From assembly GCA_965153455.1 (NCBI GenBank), contig OZ234494.1, positions 7,316,001-7,380,000 on the forward strand: a stretch of DNA of 64,000 bases, written 5' to 3'. Of the stretch, positions 13,876 through 25,595 are shown one piece after another; position 1 is the stretch's first letter, and every line of letters starts with the position of its first letter. The stretch is from Sphagnum compactum. Lineage: Eukaryota. Below the pieces are notes generated by a model that ran no database searches, was not told where the DNA came from, and saw only the letters and a program-made list of their open reading frames with translations. The translations under genes were made by a program, and so were the position numbers.

Positions 13876-14564
13876 GCATGATTTTGAGGGCGACCTTGTA
13901 ACCCTCTTACTCAACTTAAAACAATTTGTCAACAATTTTTTACAATGCAAAGAACACCACAACCTGTTGAGTACAATCATCTTTACTGCAATTTTTCTGC
14001 CTTAGGGTTTTGAGGGTTCAGGATTTGAAGAAAAAACCAAGCATGAAAACAGAGACATGATGAGCGGAACATACCTCTAGAGCCTTTCTTTACGCAGGCT
14101 CCAAAGAGCTTGATTGCAGCCATTCCCTAGCTTACAAATTGTTGAACCGCCTCCATAGCAAGCCAAGAACAACCTGAAATTCCATGCACTTGAAATTGAG
14201 CACACGCCTACTTTCCCTTCCTCTCCAAATGCAACTATCCTCAAGGAACCCCTACAATCTTGTCATTTTCTTCCCGAACTTAACATTCAATCCAACTCAC
14301 ATGTAACTACAGACAGACCACATGTAACAGGTGCAATCTATACAGGTTTCTTTCCCATCCCATCATCATAACAGGAATTCTTCCTCACCCATGACTCACA
14401 TTGTAAAAACCCTGTCTTGTGCACAGAACAGAACGCACATCACGAACTTGCATCCCAGTGACGGATTCTCGTCCCCCAATGCGAGAGACTTCAGCAGGCT
14501 CTTCGATCGTGGACGGCTGGGTGCAGGGGAGGAAGGAAGGACATGCATGTCCGCCAAGCAAGAA

Positions 14565-14875
14565 AAGGTCCTTATAGAGAGACCCTTCAGCATCTAAGGT
14601 CCTTATGGACATACCCTTCAGCAACTAAGGTCCTTATGGACATACCCTTCAGCATCTAAAGTCCTTATGGACATACCCTCCAGCAACTAAGGTCCTTATG
14701 GAGAGACCCTTCAGTATCTAGGGTCCTCATGGAACATACCCTCCAGCAACTAAGGTCCTTATGGAGAGATCCTTCAGCATCTAGGGTCCTTATGGACATA
14801 CCCTTCAGCAACTAAGGTCCTTATGGAAAGACACTTCAGCATCAAAAGTCCTTATGGAGAGACCCTTCAAAATCT
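14565..14875. repeat. 31-bp minisatellite, 10 copies (consensus AAGGTCCTTATGGACATACCCTTCAGCAWCT)
   Basis: Directly visible tandem units. Unit endings alternate -ATCT and -AACT over the first eight copies. Confidence 0.95.
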
Positions 14876-15024
14876 TTATATTCAGGATCCAGATCCAAAT
14901 CTCATGCATTGACATGTCCAGTGGCACCCTTCTAAGGACCTTTCCATTCTCAAAAAGGGCCATTTATGGCACATTTTGTGCAATACTCCGTCACTTGGTG
15001 TGAGCCTGTGATTCAGGGAGCAGC

Positions 15025-15303
15025 CTTTTTTTTACTAGTGAAATTTTAAATGAAAAAATGAATGGGAGTTTCAATTGCCAAAAGTCGAATTCAAAAATAG
15101 AGAAAATCACTATATTCCTATATTCAGTTTGAGTAAGTAGCCAAAAATATGAAAGGATGTTTAAACTTTTGTGCTTTCATATCTAGTTCATTAGCCAAAT
15201 TTGGCTAAATTCTTATGGATGATCATCCCCACTTTTGTTGAATCTTTCTATGGATGATTGCCACTTTGGTTATGTCAGAAAATTCCTTCAAAAAATCATT
15301 TTG
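15025..15303. repeat. MITE-like repeat remnant
   Basis: Perfect 18-bp palindrome TTAGCCAAATTTGGCTAA at 15191-15208, duplicated TATGGATGAT motif, and T-run/A-run ends. Boundaries approximate. Confidence 0.35.
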
Positions 15304-18300
15304 CAAGAGGGCAAGCCCTTGATGAATGAAATGTGAATGCACATAAGTGTGAATGCACTATAAAATGTTGAATACCACAAGTATTTATAAAATGGCCCTA
15401 CCTTTACGGCACTAGATAATTTAGGTTTTAGGTTTAGTAGTTTAGGTTAAAGAAGGTTCTTATGTAGCTAATGTATGTGTGGAAATCTTGTGGCAACATG
15501 TGTAGGTGGGTTCAATTAGCAAGCACCTTGGAGTGACCGAATGCACGCCAATTGGAAATGATGCACTAAATTGGCATCATAGGTTTAGTGCCTTAGAAGG
15601 AATGGTGGCTCAAATAGCTGATGTCATGTCTAGAAACTACTCAAAAGTCACAAGAGAGGATACCATTAAGGATGGCCTAAGAGGGGGTTCGGAACTATGA
15701 GGATTAATTTTTGATTAATCCCTTCTAACACATAGGTAGACTATCAAACATATTTCAAAACAACACTTGCAATATTCATCATTCACATGATTTCCAACAT
15801 GAGACTTTACACTCTTTTGGGATAGGATCACCCACGCACCTAAAGTCGAATCTTTATGTGAGAACTACACCCCAAGGGAGTTAATCTCCTTTATGGGGAT
15901 CACTCACCTTTCTTCCCATGCAAGCTATAATTGGGGAATTTGGAAAGCAATTATCTTACTTTTTATATTTAAGGCTTACGGCCCATTAATATATTCGACA
16001 ATCACCTCTGTGGAAGTTTAGTTTTGACCCTTGGTAACTTTGGGAGAACTCAAGAAAAAAAAGGTTTTTTTTCTTTGTAAAAAAGGATGAATAAAAACAA
16101 AGTAGAAGGGAAGGGTGGAGGGGAGAAAAGCTTTGTTGATTGTGTGAGTGTGTAGTTATTACTAGATGTTTTGTTATATTCATATTGAATCCTATTTTCC
16201 ATTTTTAACCTTGGTGCACTTGCTTTAAATCTTCAACACACAAGGAAAGACGTGGGGGGAGGCTAAACCCAAAAAATGACAAACCAAAAAAAAATGTTTT
16301 TGGGGATATTCTTTTTTCGCTTTATGTCTTTTCCTTTTTCTTGTTTTATTTTTTCCTCCCTATGAACAAAGGCCAAAGAAATAAGAAGCAAGGTTATTTT
16401 CTTGCTAGCCTAGCATGTCCGACTGATCATTCCGCTAGCATCTTTCATTTACGATATTCTTTGTTTAACTAACATTCAGGAATGTAATTGGAAATACACC
16501 AAAGGTTAACTCTAGTTATCTTATTTTACAACATGTTGTTATTGTCATCATATTTTATATGTCGATTAGTCGTATCTGCTTTGTTGCGGGTTTCTACAGC
16601 ACCTCCATTTCGAAGGAGTTCATTTGGTGACTTCATAGTCGCCCTCTTAACGATCAAAATAAGGTAAATCTTGAAGGTACATTTTATACTCAATTAATTT
16701 TTCTATGCCTCTAGTCGGGTAGGCGTCGGTCTTTTGGTCAACAACCCCCCTAAGAACCATACATGCAAATCTCTCGCAGACGGTTCACGCCATTTATTAC
16801 AAGTGGCCCAACATTCGAAAAAAGGACTGAGGCCTACACAATATATATATATATATATGCTACGCCCTACGGCCCCTTTGGTAACTCAGAAATGCGCATG
16901 CATCATTTTGAAATTGTTTGTTTCTTTTGGGTATGCAATTCTATGAAGTGCAGATAGCATTGTCTATCATATTTGTCAACCAGCGGGCCAAGCCTTGGCC
17001 TTATGGCCCTATAGTCCAACCACAGTGTGGTCAAGTTACCTATTATCATTTCCTCTTCTAGCTCTTATTCGAACCTTTTCCATTTCCGTTAAATGACTTG
17101 GCCTCCCTGACTTGACCTTCCACTTATGCTCATGCAGCTCTACCGGTTCCCCTCAGTTTCCTTGTTGCTGGAATTTTCCTGTATGCTTTCGATGCAAGCC
17201 TTATTTTGGCATGTGTCTTCGCTATATAGGATTTGCCAATAGTGCCATCCTACCCGACTTGATATTTTTGGCTTGTCTATTACGATTAGCCTACCCATTT
17301 CAAGAACAAATCAAAGTTGAAACAAGACCTCATGCTGATTACACGTTCCGCTATGCCAAAATGTGAAAAAGGTTGGTCGTGATAATCACCCTGGGGGAAT
17401 ATGTGTGCATCCTTGACGAGTATTCCAATACCCGCCGACACGTTCTCATTTTTTAAAAACCCCAGTAGTTGGCTTCCGAGTCAACCACAGTAGAGGACTG
17501 AAGTCCCTTTATTCATCTTTGTTGAAACTTCCAGTGTGGATAACGAGGCCGCCTTCACAACCTTCTTTTTTTTTTCCCCTAAGCAATTTGCCTCACTTGA
17601 GTTGTTCGACAAACTGCCTTTCACCTAGTGCTTATGACGCAAAAGTTGCCTCCACACACCACCCATGCCAAGGAACAAGCAAGACATAGTTAGCAACATA
17701 GGATACATCAACTCAGCATCAACGGCTTTGTGTCGCACTAAAGTAATCCGATATGCAATTTCGCACATTCTACAACTTCCCCATTCATTTTTAATACTAA
17801 TTGTAAAACACCACAAACGACAAGATGTTGAGGTCCAAATTTTTTTTTAAAAACTATAAAGTTTACACCATGGTATCCATAATAATCTCCACATTTTATT
17901 TCTTCAAGGATTCCTATTCACATATGATACTTCTACAAGTCTTAATCCAACTAACAACATGAAGTTATTGAATGCAATTTATGAGCCCAAAAGCTCCAAT
18001 CTCTACCCCTTATATACTTGAAGGAAAGAAGTGGATGAATAGTTAACCACATCCATCTACATCTATTCCCCGTGTGTCAAACCAATCATCAAATGCCACT
18101 TATAACTTTTTATCCTTCTATGGATAGGTTTTACATTATTGAGAATCTAGGATTTGGTCAAGTGTCAAGCTCATTATTTTATTCCCTATTTTTATCCATA
18201 TTTTTACCCCGACACTAATACTATTATTTATAATTACTAGTAGTTATTTTGTTGTTATAGGGACATTCATCAAAACCAATCAACTAAGGGGAAAACACCC

Positions 18301-18909
18301 TAGGATCTTAGTAAATCTTTTGAAAGTAGTTTACTTTCCACAACAAACATTACTAATCCCTTGAGTTTGCATGATCAAAGTTGGGTAATTCTATGATCTT
18401 AACCATTTGGGATTAACTGGATAATGAGTGACATAAGAGTAAAATAGATTTAACATTCAATAGCCATGATCTTTCAATTTATTTCTAGATTATAGTTTCA
18501 TACCCAAGATGATGTTTGAAAGTGTGGAACATAATTCAACACATAGCTCATGGAAGTTGATAAAGGTTGAAGGTGTTCATCAACCACTTTACCCTTTTTT
18601 TGAACTAGAAGACTAGATTACTAGCTTCCATATTTGATCTTCTTGGGAACTATTGAAAAATGAATTGTAAGTTTATATCAATTTTCACATATTATACCCA
18701 TGGTGGACTTGAACAATGGGTTTATTGGGTATACCCATGTATATATAAGCATTGAATTTTTTGTGGTAATTATGAATCATCCTTTTATTTTGGTGTTATT
18801 GTATAGGATGAAGGGAATGGAAATTTTGGCCGAAGTAAGTTGGCATGTAAATTAGTTCCAACAACCCAATTGGAAGTGGATAGTATTCTTAAACATGTAT
18901 CATCTTTAC

Positions 18910-19320
18910 TATAACCATTGAAGGGTTATATGAACAATTGCAAATGTTAAACAAAATTAATTAAAAGCATGAATAGACCTAGTTGAAGTATATTGAAGGC
19001 ATGGAAGGATGTATGAACAATTGCAGGTGGTGACAGAGGTTAATTGAGGTGGATAAACCTAATTATAGTAATTATCAAAGCCATCCAAAAGGACTATTTC
19101 AACATCTATAGACGATAATGGAAGCTAACTAAAGTGTATAGACCTAATTGAAGTATATTGAAGCCATGTAGGAATTGCTTCAACAATTGCAAATGGTAGT
19201 AGGCAAGAACAAATTTAGTTAAACTATATTGACGCCATGGAGGGATTGTGGTAACAAATTGCATATGGTGATATTAGAGGTGAATTGAAGTGCATAAGCC
19301 TAATTGAGGATTATTGAAGC
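18910..19320. repeat. Degenerate ~80-bp tandem array (~5 copies)
   Basis: A CCTARTTGAAGTATATTGAAGCCATG-like core recurs near 18976, 19056, 19141, 19212 and 19298. Confidence 0.6.
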
Positions 19321-20829
19321 TAGGGAAACAAATTACATGTCATGACAATGTGTGTGTGTAAGGTCAATGTGATTCCTATGGCCAAGTCAAAGGCCATGTC
19401 CAACTTCCTAATTTTACAGAGGGCATGAATGAAGAGACTGCCAAAGTGGCAAGTGGCTTGGAGGTGGATCACTAGGAGGTTGATATGACAAAACATCATA
19501 GAAAGCAGAAGAATCCATCCCCAACAAATATGCCACCAAATTAACAAGGGTGGAGGTAAGTGATTGATGGGGCAATTTGTATTTATTTGAGTTTGATTGC
19601 TTGCATAATGTTTTTAGGATGGGTGGCCATCTAATAGAATTAGGTACTTCGGTCTTTAGAAGGACTCGCATTATTATCATTTCCATGTTTTTCTAATGGT
19701 CAAACCCAATTATGATTCAAGTTCCATGTATAGGGTAAGAAAAGACATTGCAAATGGGGGCTTGCCAACATCCCCACCTCATAAATTGAAGTCTTTGGAA
19801 GCCTAGTTACAATAGATCCCTTCTACACATGTTCATTAATTTCCAAGAATTTTGTTGTCGAGTCACAAAAATAACAACATAACATCTAATAAGTATAGGT
19901 TGTAAGTTTGTTTTCAAGTTTTGTGTTGATTTGATTTGGTAATGCCAAGTTACAAGGTGCATATTATTTTTGGGGTGGGACATGGAACCAAAAGTTCAAA
20001 TGATGTTATTTGCACATCTCCAAGTCACAAATCACTGAAATTTGTGGAGGCAGTGGTATTATTTGATTATTGTTTCTTTCAATTTATACACCATGAATTT
20101 GATTTGAAAAATAATGACTTTTTATCACCATGGTGGATGGTCTACTTATTCATGAGATGGATTGAATGTGGCTTCTATGTAGGTCCTTAAACAAAGGATG
20201 AAAAATAGACTTGCTTGACCCTTTTAGTGGAATGTTGTATGTTATGGATGAAATTTATGGTGTGCAAGGCATGACCTTCCATGGCAACCTTATTGAACGT
20301 GGGATTTGCAACATAGTTGTGATGGGTATTAAGAAAGGTTCAGTGAAGTACCATCCACAAGCCCAACTATTTCAAAGATGAAGGACACGACAAATGGAAT
20401 TGTCTTGTGGCACAAGAGAGATATAATCATTTGTAAATAGTTTTCCGAAAGCACAAATTAAGGACAACTTGTTTGTAGGTGTTGCATGAACGTAGGTTAT
20501 GTACAAGGTAGTGGAAAAGCAATTAGCTAGTGATAGTTCATGGTTTCGAATGTAGATCGCTAGGACATGAGATAAACTGTTGTCAATTGAAACTATTCTC
20601 TAAATCATGGTAAGATATAGAGAATTTATGCATTTGTAGTTTTTGAGTTCCATTTGAATGTGAATTATTTGTTAATGAAGCCAAACATGCTAGTGTTTTA
20701 TGAAACTTTTTCTACTTATATAGCCACTTTCAAATGTGAATGCTTATAGAATAGTTTTAGTTCAATGAACAAAAATCATTATCATAAAAAAAAAAAAAAA
20801 TTAAATGAGAAAAATCAATAATATTGAAA

Positions 20830-21698
20830 CTATAGCTAGTCAAGATCAACAACAAAAACATTGGACTTTGGAACATGTATCAATTTGAAAAGACATGTTG
20901 TATTTCAATATATGTGGTCATAAGGTAAGGTGCTAGATTTGCACAATTGACCATTATCAATTGAGAAAGACAAATGTCTTTTGACTTGTCTTGGTCAAAT
21001 AAGTCATTGCAATTGAGATCTTTAGGGGAAAATCAATGGTCAAAAATCAAATCCTGATAATTGATAACAAGACAACATGTGTCAATATATAAACATGACA
21101 CGTGACACTTTGCAATTCACAAACCTACACCATATAGATTCAAAATAGTAAAAAAACATCTTGTGTTTTTTGACTAAATATAATAACAAAAACATATGCA
21201 TGAAGAACTTGGATCAGTCAATTAAGACATTGGCCTATTTGACTAATTATTGTCAAATAGGTTGGATATTATCATAAGGGTTATCCTATCAATGAGCCAA
21301 AACCACAATGATGTGGCACAAACATACATGTGTACATAAAATATGGGCTTAAAGGGTGACACCTGGTGTATTCTAGTTCTTGTCATCTATTGACACTTGG
21401 TATCCTCTAATTGGTGAAAACCCTTTGGTCATATTGACTAACATTCTAACTAACAATCAAGATGACATTTGACAAATTGGTTAGTCAAAAATGACAACAA
21501 TCAAATACATTGGCAATCAAAAAATATGTCAAATAAATCAGTAGTAGAAAACAACAATAGTCAAATGAACTAGTAGTCAAATGAACCAATGTTGAAATTT
21601 ACTTGTCCAAGGTGATTAACAAGTCAAAAAGACAAATGTCACATTTTGATTTTTTTGACCAAATTTCTTAGTCAATTAAACCATGATTTCTAGTAATG
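20830..21698. mobile_element. CACTA-like transposon terminus with subterminal repeats
   Basis: TTTCTAGTAATG ending at 21698 reads CATTACTAGAAA on the minus strand, a CACTACTAGAAA variant. It is preceded by many TTAGTCAA/TTGACTAA/TTGGTCAA motifs in both orientations. The other end was not found. Confidence 0.5.
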
Positions 21699-24600
21699 AT
21701 TACAACTAATTGCTCAATTGGCACATTACATTCACAAACCTTTTTTCTTCATAAAAATCTCCATTTCACCTTCTAAGCAATATAGTTTGAAAAGTTTTCA
21801 ATTTTTTGAAACATCTAAAACTCAAATTTTGATCAAAATTTTGTTTATTTGATCCAATAAAAATGTGGTCTATAACTAAAGAATTAAAAATTCCTCTAAT
21901 TGAATCTTGTTTCAATAGGGACACTCATAAATAATTACATTAAAAAGACTAGCTATGGGCCACTCAATGCAAAAATATGGCATTTTGATTTATTTGCTCT
22001 TAGATCGCTTTGATACCATGTAAAAAAATGGATACAAGTTGTTGATGTTTCATAGATCAAGTAAATGGAAAAATTCTTACCTCAAACTACAACTTTCATG
22101 ATATACATGACCTCTTTACAAGGTGTACGGGCAAAGAGGCATCATATAATATAATATTAGTCGAGACATCCACATAGTGATGTTGTATGTTTTATTTACT
22201 TTATTTATCAATAAACTAAACATGACAAAATGTATTCCTACATTTTAAAAGGGCATTGTTGACTCTCAATCAAGCATGTTTATTCTTTCAACCATACTTG
22301 CAAAACTTGGAATTTCTTGATATATTTGTATTATTTTACCTCTCAAATCCCGCAATCTCATTTTTTCCATTCAACAATATATATGGCTTTGAATTGTTGC
22401 AATGATCTCAATTTCATGGCATTCCATAACAATTACCATTTTCTTTTAATTAAGTACCATGGTTGCCTTTAATTACAAATTGTTTCTCCTCATGTTTATA
22501 ACCAAGTGGGTGCATTATCTAACCAAATAAATAAATAAATATTTTGAGTTCCAAGTCTATGGTTTAAAAAAATAAAACCATGTGCACTTCTATTTGATAA
22601 AATCATCTTTCATATATTCTCATCACATTCCTACTTTTCTATAACTCTTTGCCATTTTTTTTGCAAAAGCATTTCAACTATATATTTGGTTTATTCAATA
22701 ATTGTTTTTTGTTAATGCCAACAATGTTGACAATGAGTTGTTTTGTTATTGAATCCTCCATGGTACATCTTACATTTCCTATAACTTTGACATAATTTAT
22801 AATATGTGTGGATTTGACTTAAAACTTGGTTGTTCACATTTAAAATTAATAAATAAAACCTTTTTTTTGTGTTTTATTGTTTACTAATATTCCTATGTCT
22901 ATATTTCGTTGAAATTACATATACATACAATCTTTAGATTTTGATGATCACTCTCACCTTGGCCAAATCAGATCCTTTGGAAAAAATCCTTTCCATAGGC
23001 ACTCACTAGTTATATCTTAATGTGACATCTAACATGAATGCACAAGAAAATAGAAACTTGCAAGGAGGAGGTTCATTCATTTAAGTACATTCGACAATTT
23101 TACTTTATCTTTTCTCTTTTGCATCAAACTTTATATACATAATGAAATGAGAAGCCACAATCCTCTTGCACAAGACATGCCAATTACATTCTTTCAAAAA
23201 GCAAGTAGTTTATCACTTTTTAAAAGGATTTAGAATTGTTTCTCTAAAGAATCAAACTTTCAAGATATCACATCTACCCCCATGTTGTACATTATGCAAA
23301 AATCAAATTCACATGCATTCAACATATTTAAAAGTTATGATGCTTTTGAGGCTTTCGTTATGCCATTTTATACTTATAAGAAAGTTTTTGTTTGTTGTTT
23401 AACTACCTCTTTCTCAATAAGTTTCTTGAGTCATTATGGGAACTTCCAAGGTTACTTCATAACCTATTCTACAAACTTCTGAAGAACCTTCCTAATTTTT
23501 TTTAAAGAAACTCATTAAACACCTTTTTTAAAAAAGATTTTTGTTGCAGAGGGACTTCTGTTGTTCCTAATTTGAGTTTTTTAATTTATTTTCCTCAGAA
23601 AAATTGTTGTTAAATTATAGAAGTTATCATTAAACCTTTTCAACATAATGGGATTCTAAGCTTAGTTTTGAAATGTTAATGATAGGATTTCCATTTTTCT
23701 TGTATACTTGATTTAGGTTTGAATAGGATGAGTTCACAAACATGCGACAACATTCAACCTTGACACAATTGTTTTGGAACATGTTCATTTCATCCAGCCT
23801 CAGCTCAAAAACACCTTGCTTAATGTGGGAAAGCACACGAATCATCGACAACAATATCAACTAGGGTAGGTTGCAAGTAATGTTGTTAGGCTCAAGGGTA
23901 TGCATGAGGTTCTCCAATCAAGTCTAGGCTACTTGGATACTTGGATTGAAGGTTCATAATTTTGCGAGAATCGAAATTGGATCCAGGTTGGGAACTAGCC
24001 TCTTGTTGAACCCTAGGACCAAGACTTGGACTGGGCTACCTTCCTCTTTTAAAGGGGTTTAAATTCACTAGTTGCCTAAGTACCAAAGGCCAAAGAGCGA
24101 AATTAAAGGCTCTACTTTGTAGGCAAGTTTTAAATTTAATTGGTTGCACATGATTACTAATAACATTGAATCTTTTGTTTTGGGCTTTGTACACTAGTTG
24201 AACAAAACAAATATTGCACATAATTTGTAATTTAGTTGTGTCTAATGTAGATAGAACCTCACTGTATCTTAAACCAGACCAAACTCCAAATGCTTTGGGA
24301 AATCTCCAACACCAAAGGTTTTACAAAACCAAAAAACCCATATTTAGACCTGCATCACAAGTTCTATCAAAACCCAAAAAAAATTGTAAACTAGAACCAA
24401 AGGTTTCTCTCAAAATCAAGAACTGGACAACATTGGTTGCAAGGTCATATTTCAGGTTATTATGCGATTAGTCATAATGGTCTTGAAGGCTTTCAATTGA
24501 GCTTGAGTTGTTCTCAAAAGAACTAGGTAAATTTTGAGGACTGCCAAAATGGGACTATCCATGCAGTTAGAAAACCTTAAGATATGTCCGCATCTCTCTT

Positions 24601-25595
24601 CTTGTAGCTATTGGGTTACCCTTGCAACTAAGACACCAGTTTCTACCTCACCAAGATTCTAGTACCTTTAAGGTAATGGATGCCATCATGGGGCACGGGC
24701 ACACAATTCTTCTTAGATTTCAGGCCACAGGAGATGTTGGTAGAATGTCGTGGCAATAGTATTTTTCAAAAGCTAGCACAAATTTACCTGGACATTGTCA
24801 CTTTCGAGCATGTTAAGTGTGTGAAACAGGTTTATCTGTGCAGCATTTGTAGAAAGTGAAGTTCAACATCTCCAATACAAATGCTGGATGTGAAACCAGC
24901 AACAATGATGCTCAGAGAACAGTTTTAACCCAGAAAACAGAATCGTGACTGAAAAGCAGAGGACTACTATTCATTCCCAGGACAGCAAATCACTGAAAGT
25001 ATTATTCATTTCAATGTTTCTCTACATGTTTGGTGGCTTTCATATCATGCTAAAATAAGTGTTGGACACACTTTGTATCTTCATATCCCACAACTGGGGC
25101 CAGAGTTATCCACCCCACAACACACAAGTTAGTGCAATAACTTGTTCATTGGAAGCTATGGGACAGCAAGACCCCTTTCAAGAGCTCCTCAGCAGCTATT
25201 CAACAAATGTTCAAAGTTCCACCAACTGCAACTTGGCAGCCCATGTGTCAGCTGCAAGCTGTATGTGTCCTACAAGGTGACACACAAGCATGGATGTCTA
25301 AAGGTTCATTCACAACACCAGATGTCCTGCTCTCAAGCCATTGCAAACACATGATTTTGCTACATGCTAATCACTACACATGATCACATTTTCTGTTAAG
25401 ATGGGTACATGTCACTGTGTCAATGGACAGTTTCCACTCCCAGGTGGAATGGTAGGAGTACATAAGTAAACTTGTGTGAGCTTGGCTGTACTGCAAACAC
25501 TCCCATCTGTGTGTAAAAGAATGGAGTGAATTGGGCCCATGACATCTCTGACCATCAAAGGCAGATAAATATCCCACTTATAAGGTTCATAAGGT

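Larger units (their letters stand above)
11273..15360. mobile_element. Putative PIF/Harbinger-like TIR element (4.1 kb, decayed or non-autonomous)
   Basis: Left end AGGTGTATTCACACTTA and right end TAAGTGTGAATGCACTA match 14/17 as an inverted pair. TAA lies immediately outside both ends (11270-11272 and 15361-15363). No transposase recognised. Confidence 0.5.

Noticed and set aside
14565..14875. CRISPR-like appearance of the 31-bp array (and of the 54023-54635 array)
   Set aside because: The units are contiguous with no unique spacers, there are no cas genes, and the context is eukaryotic.
15400..24500. Short ORFs in the AT-rich intergenic region
   Set aside because: No recognisable domains or consistent splice structure. 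They are probably decayed repeats that I cannot classify by eye.
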